A stretch of DNA of 62,835 nucleotides, counting the filler, from Rhabdomonas costata (Eukaryota): the NCBI GenBank assembly GCA_019059605.1. It is 44 parts of 44 records of this genome, joined end to end, with 100 filler letters (N's around TTAATTAATTAA, not from the genome) between each part and the next. Parts side by side here need not be neighbours in the genome. Positions count along the whole stretch, not along the records: positions 37,204 to 38,533 come from JAHMHO010019178.1; positions 38,634 to 39,963 come from JAHMHO010019179.1; positions 40,064 to 41,393 come from JAHMHO010019180.1; positions 41,494 to 42,824 come from JAHMHO010019181.1; positions 42,925 to 44,252 come from JAHMHO010019182.1; positions 44,353 to 45,682 come from JAHMHO010019183.1; positions 45,783 to 47,112 come from JAHMHO010019184.1; positions 47,213 to 48,541 come from JAHMHO010019185.1; 36 more parts are not named here. The stretch is one strand, 5' to 3'. The notes beneath the pieces were generated by a model. It did no database searches. It had not been told where the DNA came from and worked only from the letters and a program-made list of their open reading frames with translations. Numbering within the stretch: position 1 is the first letter of the stretch; every line of letters starts with the position of its first letter. Shown here piece after piece: positions 37,204 to 49,162 of the stretch. The translations under genes and the position numbers were made by a program.

Positions 37204-38533
37204 CATCCTCTCACCTTCTCTCTGTCCCATAAAACTCAAAAACTGCAGTTCGTTCAACAAAAAAAGAACCTAAATATCATCTGCATACCCATTCTGAAAT
37301 TCGAGTGAGATTCGCGGCAGTCAAGGGAACGGCGGAAGCAGCATCTGTTCCGCCAGCGCGGGGAGGGGCGGTTTGAGGAGCCCCACTCAACTCACCAGCT
37401 TCACGCTTCCGGGCGAGCTCTGAAAAAAAAAGAGTTGTCCCATTATAAACAGCAGGAGCCCGAGAGCGGACGTTTTTCTCTTATGAAGAGTTGCAAACCC
37501 ACACCACTTCTTGCTCTCTTGAGTTCTTCTAACTTCTGCCTTTTCTCGGCCAGATCCGATTGAAGGCTCTCGAATTTGGTCTGGGAAAGAATGCGAAGCG
37601 TAAAGCAAAAAAAAAAGGGCAACTTTTGGTTCTGTATCATTTTTGGGAGCTGGCTACGATGTGACATCGCAGTTGGCAAGGGTCCAGTCACATGCATTCG
37701 CGCTGAAATAGCTGATAGCTCCTTCCCAACGTTGAAGGAGAATGCAGTAGAGAAAAAACCAAAGGAGGAAGGGGACACCAAACTAAACTTCAAAAACAGC
37801 AGACATAAAAATCGTTTTTCTAGCTTTTTTTATGTCGCCACGGCACTGCGGCACAGGCACAAGAGCAGGTGAAGAATGCAACACGAAAAACAAAATTTAC
37901 AATGAAAAAACATCTAGGGAGTGACGAGCGCAGCGAGTCACGACCATCACAAAACAAGGGGCCCCATGGTACGAACGGAGTGAGTGCCATGGGGTATCAG
38001 TCTTACTTCACTTGGTTCGCTTCGCTCACATCCACCTTAGAAGTGAACGAGCGTACCGCCTCATGGCGGGGAGCGAGTGAACAAGACATTTAGGAGGAGT
38101 GATGGGAACGCAGTGAACATCACGACGACCGGGTAAACTAAGCGAGGAACGAAGTGACGAAGCGTTTTGGGGCCCCACGAACACAGTGAGTGGGGTATCA
38201 TACGAACATGATGGGCAGCGAGGTACGAGATGACCATCATGAGAACTATAGGAGTGAGCAACGTAGCCGCATAGCGGTGGAGTGACGAACAAGTACATCT
38301 AGGGAGTGACGAGCGCAGCCACGACCAGCAAACAAAGAGGGGCCCCATGGCACTCACTCCGTTCGTACCATGGGGACATCAACCATATTACTCTTACACA
38401 GATTGTCATCCTCTCACCTTCTCTCTGTCCCATAAAACTCAAAAACTGCAGTTCGTTCAACAAAAAAAGAACCTAAATATCATCTGCATACCCATTCTGA
38501 AATTCGAGTGAGATTCGCGGCAGTCAAGGGAAC
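37204..38533. mobile_element. Contig assembled as a 1203-bp circle (or tandem unit); hairpin-core family, member 2
   Basis: 37204-37330 is identical to 38407-38533 (127 bp). The core at 37910-38395 is homologous to two other contigs. Confidence 0.75.
37396..37580 (-). CDS. Two small spliceosomal exons (coiled-coil fragment) within the circular contig
   Basis: 37580-37505 (ttcccag|...|gtgtgg), 85-nt intron, 37419-37396 (tttttttcag|...|gtgagt): TKFESLQSDLAEKRQKLEELKRARSELARKREA. Confidence 0.6.
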
Positions 38534-38966
38534 NNNNNNNNNNNNNNNNNNNNNNNNNNNNNNNNNNNNNNNNNNNNTTAATTAATTAANNNNNNNNNNN
38601 NNNNNNNNNNNNNNNNNNNNNNNNNNNNNNNNNGGTGGTTGGGGTGCAGCATCGTGACAAGAACCAATGGTAGTTTCTTCGTTTTGTTCGTTTTAAGAAA
38701 AGGCTCTCTAGCGGGGGCGAGTCGAGGCCCGTCCACGCGAGACTCAAGAAGTAAGAAGTGAAAGTGATGTGTCAGCGTCACAGACACAGTCGTCGACTTG
38801 GCAAGTTTATGTGGAGTCTTCTGATTTTTTCTGCACAACCGTGACATGATCTCGCGCCGGCTCTGGGTGCTTGATAAAGATTGTCCCGGTGTTTCAGTCG
38901 CGGAAGCGGGTTTCGACCGGCGGGTATGCAAACAATCCCTATGCGGTACACCTTCTCCGCCCGCAG

Positions 38967-39097
38967 GCTCCGGAGATCGAGTACTCAGACTTCACGTTCG
39001 ACGTCCCCAGCGGGGGGTTTCCCAGCAACCCCATCCAAGTCGGAACCCTGGGGCCGCTCGTGAACGGCACCCCGCTCAACCAGCAGATCACGGAAAG
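38967..39097 (+). CDS. Internal exon, unknown protein
   Basis: cag|APEIEYSDFTFDVPSGGFPSNPIQVGTLGPLVNGTPLNQQITE|gttccc; high GC3. Confidence 0.6.
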
Positions 39098-40764
39098 GTT
39101 CCCCCCCCCCTCCGTCTGCAGGAGCCTCTGCCCGAAACCTTCCGACCCAACTGCAAATAATTGTAGCTTGTGCTGCTGAAACCCTTCCGGCGAAAACCTA
39201 TCCTGCAGATGTTCTGAAATCTATCACCAGTTGGCGAGCCAATGGCCCGGCGTTGGGATCCGAATTCCGCACTGACGATTGGTCCGGCCTTGAATCCACG
39301 CAAACCCGAATTCCGCGGACCTGGCGACATGCCTACTGCCGCATGCTTGTTTGTGGTTACTAAACCTGCCTGAAATGTGTCGTAGAAAGCTCCCGAATCC
39401 AGCGAGTCGTTGACCCCCCCCCCTACCATGGGTCGAAGCCAGCTGTATATTCAGTGAAAGCTTTTTACTTTTTTTTTTTTTGCATTTTACCTTTTTCCCT
39501 ATCCCTTATCGCTCTATTGGAGGGAATTTGATGATGTCAGAATTTCACCCCAAAAAGTTTACGTTTGCTAATTTTGAGACCTTTATTACCTTCTTAACTC
39601 TCAACTGGGTGAAATACCTCGTCGTGTGGTTGACCGTCAGGCGCCGAGTGTACAGATTTGTTGTGGTCAAGAACCGGGTTTTAATTGTTTTCTGTCGTGT
39701 CGCGTTTGCCATTCGGTGTTCCGTTGCATATCGCTTTCTTGGCCGCGCGATGTGCTATAGCGCTTAGTAACTTTTGCTAACTGCTGTTGTGCACCTGACA
39801 TTCCCGTTGTTGAAAAAAAAAACAAGAACCGCGTATTTTGCTCATGGGCGCTGCCCCTGTTTTTTTTTGGGGGGGGGAACCGACAACCTTATGCCATAGA
39901 GAGGGTTGCTATTTTGTTTTCTGTTTCGGGAACGTGGGGTCTTGCTGTCCCCCCCCCCACCCCNNNNNNNNNNNNNNNNNNNNNNNNNNNNNNNNNNNNN
40001 NNNNNNNTTAATTAATTAANNNNNNNNNNNNNNNNNNNNNNNNNNNNNNNNNNNNNNNNNNNNTGTGCATTCGATTGGTTTGGTTCGATTGGTCATGTTT
40101 TGCGTAAAACCAAAGAGCCTTGTGGTTTCAATTATTGTGCGATTTTCCATGAGTGCGTTGCACAAGGGGACAGCGCACAAACAACAAAACGAAAGAAAAC
40201 AAACAGTCACAACAAAGAATTTCTGGTGGCAATGCGGCGGATTAAGCTGAACCCCCCTCCTTCGGTTTGTCAGTCTTGCGGTCGTCAAGACACACAAGGA
40301 AAGGCTGCAAACATGGGTCGTTTTCACTTTTTTGGGGTTTGCTGGTGGGAAGGGGCTGATGAACCTCCTGTTTTGACCCTCCAAGAACTTCCTTCCCACC
40401 ACTCCCCTTTCACTCGTCTTCTTGATGGTTCTCATTACATTTTTTTCTGTGGTGGTCTCTTTCGTCCCAGTGAAGCGCGCACGATAAGTGAGTCCAAACA
40501 GGGACGTCCTCAAAGATCTAAGCACGACAGCAAAGCAAAGCTGTGCAAAGCGTCATGTGGAATGGTTTCTGTCCCCGTTCACACCCACACAAGAACCGTA
40601 CAATACGTCTTCGGTTCTCCCGTTTCGTGCCCAGTTGTACTTTGTTTTTCTTTGCTAAGCAATGAACACCCTACTGGTTCAACCATCGAACCAGTAGCAT
40701 TAGAGCATTTCGCTTTGTGTGCACCATCCTCTGCGAGCCTTCATTAAAAAAAACATGACAACAG

Positions 40765-41082
40765 GTGAAAGCCGCAGTGCAGGACACGATGGAGAACCAC
40801 GCCGTCCTGCACCGACGGTTCTGCAACTTTGGGGAGGCCGTGGTGCTTCAGGTGGTGGTCTCCAGCCCCATGGCGGGCGGGCTGCAGTGGAAGCTGGCGG
40901 TGGTGCTGCCCGATTCCGACTACTACGCCGAGATTAAGCACCAGAATGAGGTCGCCGGGGCAGAGGCCGCTGGGATCCTGGTGGCCTTCCTGTTCACCGT
41001 GGCGCTGATGATGCACATCCTGGTGACACGGCCGCTGCGGCTGCTCGCCCGACACATCGATCAGCTGCGCCAGACCTTGCTT
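40765..41082 (+). CDS. Sensor protein exon: end of Cache-like domain, TM helix and start of HAMP (receptor cyclase/kinase type)
   Basis: GLQWKLAVVLPDSDYYAEI, then hydrophobic GILVAFLFTVALMMHILV, then TRPLRLLARHIDQL. Confidence 0.7.
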
Positions 41083-41493
41083 GTCGGGTTGGCCTGTCCC
41101 TTGTGTCTCAACCCACCCCCACACCCACAGCCATCCCCTCATTCCGTGTGTATGTGTGATGCACCGCTTTGCCTTTCTGTGGTTGGCCTGGCTGGGTTGG
41201 GTTCGTCTGCCATTGCCTGACTGCAAGGCCGTTTGTCCGTGGAAAGAAATGCTCACTTTTGATTAGCAGTGCAGATCGTGAAATATGCAGGGAGGGGGGA
41301 TCGTCTCGGAGTTGTTGGGTCTTCTAAAAAAAGAAGAAAAAAAGGCGTAGGAGCATTTTGGGGACCCCCCCCCTTATTTACGGTGCATTTTATNNNNNNN
41401 NNNNNNNNNNNNNNNNNNNNNNNNNNNNNNNNNNNNNTTAATTAATTAANNNNNNNNNNNNNNNNNNNNNNNNNNNNNNNNNNNNNNNNNNNN

Positions 41494-41603
41494 GCTGGGG
41501 TCCCGTGTTCTTGCTTTCCTGATCCGCTCGTTTTCGATGTGGTTGTGGTTCTGTTCGCGGAAGCACGGAAGCTGCGTGATGCTGCAGGCGTTGATCGCGA
41601 GCT
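41494..41603 (-). CDS. Possible partial exon (LAINACSITQLPCFREQNHNHIENERIRKARTRDPS)
   Basis: AAG acceptor and GC3-rich frame running to the contig edge. Confidence 0.35.
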
Positions 41604-41779
41604 CTTGCCAAAAGCCGCGGGAAGAAAAATGATGACGTTACATAACCCGTAATCATTTGCAAAAGGCCACAATCAGAAGAAAAATGGCAACGCTTGCCCC
41701 CTTCTACAGTCAGTGCGTTATTGATTCTTCCGCATTCACGCCACACACCCACCGCAAACCACCACACAAAGAAAGCAGC

Positions 41780-42824
41780 ACGGCATGTCGACTGACATCC
41801 ACGACGTTCCCACGACATGTCCGACATCCAACAATATCGGCCCCCCTGTGCCTCAGACCTCCTTGGCATCGAGGTCACTAGATGGCATGGATGGATGAGA
41901 GGTGAATGCCCGTAGCCGTATAGCTGTGCAGGGCATGAACCATCACATCTAGGGAGTGACGAGTGCAGCGAGTCACTACCAGCAAATACCACTCTTTAAC
42001 CCCACGTTTCACTTCGCATGCCCTCCCCCACCATTAGGTGCGTACGGTCATGCTCCGTCCGGGAGTAGCCACAGGAAGAAGAATACGGGTTCACTTTAGA
42101 GGTAGAGGGTACGAAGCATGGTTGCGTCAGCGAGCCATGCGTAGTAGGCGTAGTAGAGGGAAGGTGAAGGGCATAGCGATAGAGGGTCATATTGGCATCT
42201 TGGCATCTTCTCTCATACCTGGTTGAATGCTGACACCTTACACCCCAACTCACCACTGAACTCAAGGCCTCGAAACACCAGCATCCCTCACAACATCAAC
42301 ACATACAAGCACTCATGAAGCAGTGGTAACAACAACAACAGCAGCAAGGACAACAGGAGCGTCAGAATTCAACACTTCGTAAATCCACACGTCAAAAAAC
42401 ACAGAAGGCAGCAATGTTGCAGGAACACACACCGTAACACAAGCACTGGTAGAGAGCATGGAACCAGGAACCACCACCACAGGAACCAACAACGCAAGAT
42501 CCACGCAACGTCACACCCTCCAGTTCAGCATCCACACACACCCTACGACTCAGCTTGACATCAGCAACAGCAACACCATTACCATTACGCTAACCCTTAC
42601 CCTGACACTCCACCAACTCCCTCACACCAGCAGCAGGAACCCTAACAAAAGAGGCAGACACAGGAAGCACACCACAAGCACTAACATGGACCGGTACACC
42701 CTACGCATCAAGAACAGAGACAGAAACAGTGAGCATGGTTGACGGAGACACCAAGATGCAGAAGCCAACATCAAGCACAGCACACACTAACCCTAGCGAC
42801 TACGACAACTACACCACTACAGCA
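41780..42824 (+). other. Hairpin-core element family, member 3: core blocks (41945-42170) plus C/A-skewed region (~42200-42824)
   Basis: 41945-41981 matches 37910-37946 at 35/37 nt; 42050-42086 matches the reverse complement of 35184-35220. The skewed region shares words (ACAAGCACT, GAGACAGAAAC) with the minus strand of 34343-35060. Confidence 0.8.
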
Positions 42825-43174
42825 NNNNNNNNNNNNNNNNNNNNNNNNNNNNNNNNNNNNNNNNNNNNTTAATTAATTAANNNNNNNNNNNNNNNNNNNN
42901 NNNNNNNNNNNNNNNNNNNNNNNNACAATCTGGTAGCTTGAGAGCATCGGCTGATCACTTCGCCAGGTGGTTAGCTAGTTTTTTGGGACCTTTGCAACGC
43001 TTTGCAAGTTGTCACAGCGCCTAACACTGATAGGGCGCGGTATGACTCAGAATTGCTCAGTCCACTGCTCCTGTTTAACGGCCCGTCCCATGGCACCAAT
43101 TCACCGCCACCAACAAGTGCACCCCGGCTGCTCTGGTGTTCCTTTCCTGCCTTCTCGATCGCTTTTCCTTCCAG

Positions 43175-43775
43175 CTTGTTCCGTTTGTGGCATGGACGGT
43201 TGCAAGGATCTATGGATCTAGCGCCTGGTTCCGCTCTCTGCCACCACTCGTCCGCCGCGTGAAGAAGCACCCCCGAATGGACTCTCGTGTGCACTGCAGT
43301 CAGTATTTTGACGACCCGGAAGACCAGGTCTGCTCTCTCTCTCTCTCTTTGGCCCTTCTTACGATATGGACTGCCTACCCCCAAAAGCTATGGGACAACC
43401 TTATCGCTATGTACGTATCGTTCCCTATCCCTATCTTTATCGTTGGTTGACCCCCTTCTGATGTTTCTTTCTGTTCTCTCCATAAATTCTCCTCATAAGT
43501 AGGTAAGAGCCTGGATCACTCAGCACAACGCATCCTCGTCTGCATCACTGGTCGGCGCATAGCTTGGCTTCTTGTTTGGCGGCATTTGCAGCTCCCAGCT
43601 GCAGCGGTTCCGGTGCAGGCCGGCTCTTCTCCTCTGGGGCGCCCAAAGCCAGAGGTGGTGGTGGCGGCGGCTTGTTCTTCCTGGAAGGCAAACGCTGTAA
43701 ATTCTCCGGTGGTGGAAAGGCCCCTGCCTCGGCGGCCGTGCTCTGTCTTCTTTGACGAGCCTGGCGATTCTATCT
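43175..43775 (+). CDS. Two exons, unknown protein
   Basis: 43175-43327 (cag|...CSQYFDDPEDQ|gtctgc) and 43592-43775 (cag|...CSVFFDEPGDSI|gtaaga), phase 0. Confidence 0.5.
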
Positions 43776-45273
43776 GTAAGAACTCAGGCTGTAAGGTTTG
43801 AACGCATTGATTATGTAATGGTATACAGCTCTTTTCAGTCAAACCTGCGCTCCCTGCACGAGCGTGCAAAATGCATGGTTGGGCCTCAAAAACAAATTTC
43901 CTTTATGCTGGCGTCCAAAGCCTCTGTTCGATGCAAGCAAGACTGAATTATGCGGTATTTCTTGTCCCAGAGCGCTGTTGAACCAAATTGCTCTGTTGAA
44001 GGTGACAAAGGTGACAGGCTTTCAGGATCGAAGGAGTATCCTGTGCTGTCCTTGTGTCAGCGCCGCTGTCAAATCGCTGGACCGGAGATCATTCTCCCTT
44101 TTTGTGATGATCGCAGGCTGAAACCCCGCCCAGGTTTCAAGGGGCCTCCTCCCCCGCCAGCTCTTCTTCCTTCTCTCGCGCTGCCCAGCCCTCCACTTAT
44201 TCCTTGCCCTGGCCCCCCAAGGCCGTCCCCGCGGCTCTTCAGCTGCGCCACCNNNNNNNNNNNNNNNNNNNNNNNNNNNNNNNNNNNNNNNNNNNNTTAA
44301 TTAATTAANNNNNNNNNNNNNNNNNNNNNNNNNNNNNNNNNNNNNNNNNNNNGTTGGTGGGGGGATTGATACTATAGACAACCGAGAGCCGTGCTCGTCT
44401 GGGAACCCCAAGACGGCCTTTCGCTCTCCCATAAATTTGCCCGGAGGTTCACCATATTCTCATACCACACTTTCCTCCTACTTCTAATATGGACGCGATG
44501 TGAAATGACGAAAAGTATCGGTCTCAGTCATTGTGATCGGTCGATGACAATCTATCTATCAGTAGGGAGTTTGGGCGGCGCAAACAGTAATCATTGCTTT
44601 TTTTCAGACAATCTTTTCATAAATCATACAGGATAAATCAAGGACATATCAAACAAGGTTTGAAGGTATTTCAAGACGGAGTGACATTGTCATCTTCGCC
44701 ACAGCTGCGGTAGAGCAAACTGGCAGATGTCATGCAGGGAGAATCTCTGCCCCAGTTACGCTCATCCGTCAATTCGTCAACCTACATTGGGGACCCGAGC
44801 GAACTCCGATGGGCAGATCCCGTGTGCACAGAAAAGGTTCTGGTTACGTATCCCTTGGGCAAGTTTCCTATATTGCAGGTCCAGATCGCCCTTGCAAAGC
44901 GTCACTAAAGAAACGAATGATACTAAGAAGGCAGTGTCGAGGAGACAGTCTGTGGAGGGGGGGGGGAGAGTAGAGGAGACTGAACACAAAGCAGCTATAT
45001 GGGAAGATCGCAGAAATAAACAAAAGACAATAAAGGTGAAAATGCCAGTCGGCTGAGACAGCCCCAGCACCATATGCACTGCGACAAATCAAAAATACGT
45101 CGTGCACACACACAGCAAATTGCAAGACAAGTAACACATTCTTTCTTGTACTTTCGGCATCTCTCAAAGACGTGTATTCTGCTACTCAACCCAAAATAGA
45201 TTCAGGCACCGAGAATCACACAAAAATCAAAACGCGCACGAACTGCTCGGGAAGGGTGAACAGCACCCCCTGC

Positions 45274-45665
45274 TCACATTACAACCCGCACGGCATTTCC
45301 GGTTGTGTACAGACTTACAACGACGTAGGCGTCCTCGGTGAAGCCCAGCGGCACAGGGAACGGGGGCTCTCCCCCGCCCACCACAGCGGTGCCGTTGACG
45401 GTGATCACGACGGTGCCGCCCGAGGGGTCCTCGAAGACACTGCGGTCCACCCGTAGCTCTACACGATCCCCGGCCCGGATCCCGGAGACCCAGCGCTGAA
45501 CGCCATTGTAAAAAAATTGGCCGTCGCTGAACAGGCACAGCCCAGGGACCCATTTGCCGAGACCAGGTGCCTGATCGGGTGGCTGCCGCAGATCTTTGCA
45601 AAGGCCCACAGGACTTACTCCAAAGACTACGTAATCCTCTGACGTGGCTGTCACCTCGAAGCTCA
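45274..45665 (-). CDS. Terminal exon encoding a SPRY/concanavalin-like beta-sandwich domain
   Basis: VVFGVS...LFSDGQFFYNG...AGDRVELRVD...GTVVITVNG...AYVVVSLY follows the SPRY/B30.2 pattern; ends in a stop. Confidence 0.65.
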
Positions 45666-45889
45666 CTGTGGTTGGGCCACGCNNNNNNNNNNNNNNNNNN
45701 NNNNNNNNNNNNNNNNNNNNNNNNNNTTAATTAATTAANNNNNNNNNNNNNNNNNNNNNNNNNNNNNNNNNNNNNNNNNNNNGTGGTGGGTGTGTGTGGG
45801 GTGTGGGTTATCAGAACCCTTCCACGAGCGTTGCAGGCTTTTAGTCGATTCGGCGTCTCCACACATTCCTGTTGCCTCTGACTGAAACT

Positions 45890-46500
45890 ATTCTCGCGAC
45901 GGAAAAACGTCATTGTCCTGAGGATCGTCTGCTCGAGAGAGGCAAGAAGCATCACACGTCTTTGGTGGAAAGAGACCCTCTTTCTGAGATCTGTTCTCAC
46001 TCGCAGTGGCTCCTTGAAGTGCTGTCCGCCTCCCGGTCACTCCTCCGCCAAGGGGCGGCTTTCTCTCCGACATGGCGTGTGTTGCTTGTTGCAACGCAGT
46101 TATAGAAATGCCGCGGTCCCTTGGGGGGCATTCTCGGAAAACTGCGTTCTGAAGGTCTTTGCGATGGTCTGGGTCCCGATCCACGTTTGGGTTACGGTAA
46201 GCACCAAATGCTGCCCGCCTGTCGCCCGGTACAGGATGTGCTCAAGTTGGATGTTTAAATGCTCTTTCAACAGCAGCGGCCGAGCGAAAGACTCTGGGGT
46301 CGGGGTTTGCTTCTCGAAGTTCTTCCGTTCGTCGTTGATTCGAGAGCAATATCCCTGTAGACTGCAGCAGATGGATGGGCCGCAACTTGGCAATACCATT
46401 TCTACGGTTCGGCTTTCCCACACACTCCGCAGACCCAGGTTCAGGAATTCCTTTTAAGCGACAAGGCCCTTTTTTCGAGGCGGAAGCATCTAGCAACCGC
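45890..46500 (-). mobile_element. Possible degenerate reverse-transcriptase relic (DIRS/Ngaro-like)
   Basis: Across frameshifts, in RT order: SRINDERKN, KDLQNAVFR, ERKPPLG, ADD. Confidence 0.28.
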
Positions 46501-47232
46501 CCAGTTTGGGGCACGCATCGATCATGCGAGGCCACACGACCCCTGCGCTCCCCACAGCACAGCTTGGTGTGTTTTATCATGGGAGATGGTGAATGGGCCG
46601 CCCGTTTTCTGGAAATTAGCCCCCTGTGACAGTGCTAGAGCAGTGCATCTTGCCTCACTGCTGTGTAGGAGCGTCTGGGGCAACCACCTTTGGTGCTGTT
46701 TTACGCTGTATTTTCGACTGGAGGGGTGATGCTGCGTAAATTCCCCAGAACACTACACCGCAATGCTCCCAGCCAACAACCCACCCTGAACGTCTTTGTC
46801 GCTGCTCAGACGAAAGGCTGTGTTCAAAGCAATGGGGGCACCTGTTATCTGGGGTTTTCATCTTTGAATGAATGCCGGTGCGAAAGACGCTCCGAGCCTC
46901 CTTCGGAAATCCAGGTGCCATGCGCCGTCATGATCTGTTGACACATACAGCTGAACAGCGAAGTTACTCTCCGGAGCAATTCACATTGAAGAAGCCCAGA
47001 AAATATGTCATTCAAGGTGAGACTGACGTACCCCCCGCTTGTTCAACTATGTGACTTGATTGCATTGCCTGTATGCTCTCGGAATAAAAGCGCTGAGGTT
47101 CACAACCCCCCCNNNNNNNNNNNNNNNNNNNNNNNNNNNNNNNNNNNNNNNNNNNNTTAATTAATTAANNNNNNNNNNNNNNNNNNNNNNNNNNNNNNNN
47201 NNNNNNNNNNNNGGTTGGTGTGGGGGTGGGGG

Positions 47233-48078
47233 GCGAAGCATCGGGAGGTGCCAGTTCCAGAAGAGGATGCAGCCATTGTAGACCAGCCAGTGGTCCTCGA
47301 ATTTCTGGGCAATCAAGTCCTGGCCCAGCTTCAGACCTGCCGCAAGATAAAAGTAGGTCAAGGAAAGTGGTAAAGACAGCGCAAAATGCATTCATGAGTG
47401 AACAGGCAGCTAATTTTGCTCGATAACCACAGAGCATGTGAAGATGGATCTCCGATCTCGTTCATTTTTTGGAAGCGTTTCTGGGATACTTTTGAGCCTC
47501 CACTAAAGTGAAGATGGATCCGCCAAACTCAATCCACCTTCTCCCATCTTTGAGGCGCTTTAAGATGCGCTAAAAAGGTAGAATGTGTGCTTGCTGATGA
47601 TTGAAACGCACGAATGACTTGGGCTTCAGCGGAAAGACGGGCAAGAAAGGCGAGACCTCAATTGCAGTGCCGCCAAGGGGCACATCTGGTGCATCCCTGC
47701 AGATCGACCCGACCTCCATCACTGCATAAGACCGAATTAACCACCCGTTAAAACATTACTCTTTATGTCCAATTCCCATCGCCAGAACAGCAGACGGTGA
47801 CGGCAGTGGGTCGGTTTAAAGAATGGCAAGCCGACTCGACCTCTCAGCAGAAGCGACGCCACTGCGGCCTCCGCCTCCGCAATGGAGGCCTCCTTGGCCT
47901 GCAACTCCACCGCAGGGTCCACAGCAGGGAACCGCACCGCCTTGCTGGGGCCCAGCGACGCTGCCGCGGCCTCCGCGGTGTCGTCCCCGACGACGATCAT
48001 AGGAGCCGTGGGGCGCCCAAAGCGCTGCCCCAGGAACAGCCCTTGGGCCTGCAAGCCTCGGACGTAGGTCTCCGCAAC
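47233..48078 (-). CDS. CFAP46/TTC40-like flagellar central-apparatus protein, two exons
   Basis: 48078-47841 and 47336-~47233, phase 1: VAETYVRGLQAQGLFL...LLLRGLKLGQDL...HWLVYNGCILFWNWH, similar to the CFAP46 pattern AE....L..EG..L ... G.EL...W.V.N...Y.WN. The exons are secure; the family is tentative. Confidence 0.55.
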
Positions 48079-49162
48079 CTACACGAAGGACAAGAAGAAG
48101 TGCTAAGAACCCAAGGCGCTTTCGCGCTCAGGGGAAGCTCAGAACAGGGCCCCAATGACGTTGAAGGAAGGGGTGGGTGGCCGTGACATTGGTACACTGT
48201 TACCAAAAGAAACCATTCCCAGTGGTGAGGTTTTGGTATTTTTGAAAATGATTTGGTTAGATGTACCGGCACCCTCGAAATTAATACTTATTATTTATTT
48301 ACTTACTAAAGCAGGTAACACCCCAAAAGTATGAGAATAGTGCGCAACGAATTCCGATATGAAGTTTTTTCACGGTGACTTTCAAACGCTGGCCTTTTTC
48401 AGCTTTGGATATTCTGTTTTACCGCCAAACCGTAAGTTCTTACTTTACGGTGTAACCTGCTTTATTTTGGTAGAAGACGGAATGCGAGCCAAATAAAGTT
48501 GGACGTCTTACAGTGAAAGACGTCTAACGCCCCCCCCCCACNNNNNNNNNNNNNNNNNNNNNNNNNNNNNNNNNNNNNNNNNNNNTTAATTAATTAANNN
48601 NNNNNNNNNNNNNNNNNNNNNNNNNNNNNNNNNNNNNNNNNAACCATTGTTGGTGGTGAGCGGGGTCAAAGCACCTGCCTGGAATTGCCGAATTTCCCGG
48701 TTCAAGCAAACGTAACAAAAAAAAAGCAAGTGTAACGGCTTCATGTCTGCCGGCGAAAAAAGGGGGGGATACAACCAAGTGAACATCGGCAACCACTTGC
48801 AAACCAATCTCCACTGCAAAATTATCTTCCGGGATGAACGGGACATATGCGGGCCTCAACACTACAAAGTAACACACACCGGGTCGGAAGAAATCAACAG
48901 AACTTATCAAACAGAAAAACCACAGCGCGCAACAAAATGAGGTAGCGGTTCTTCGCCAATGGGAAAAGGTTGTGTGGGCGGCATTCCCCCTCAAAAAGGA
49001 GAGATTTCATTTCCAGCGCCGCCCGCACACACCAAAACCCACCACCACCACCAGTAGGCAAGGCCCAAGGCTATTGTAGAAATCCCCACTCATCCACCCA
49101 CCCACCAGAAACACAACTTCTCAGAGCGAAACAGAAAAAGATGCAGAAGGAGCAACAGAAAT

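Noticed and set aside
37926-37940. Cloning-vector contamination (15-nt match to the ColE1/pUC region)
   Set aside because: The match is short, the flanks are not vector, and diverged variants occur in other family members.
37910-38395. CRISPR array
   Set aside because: Only two or three degenerate repeats, irregular spacing, no cas genes, eukaryotic context.
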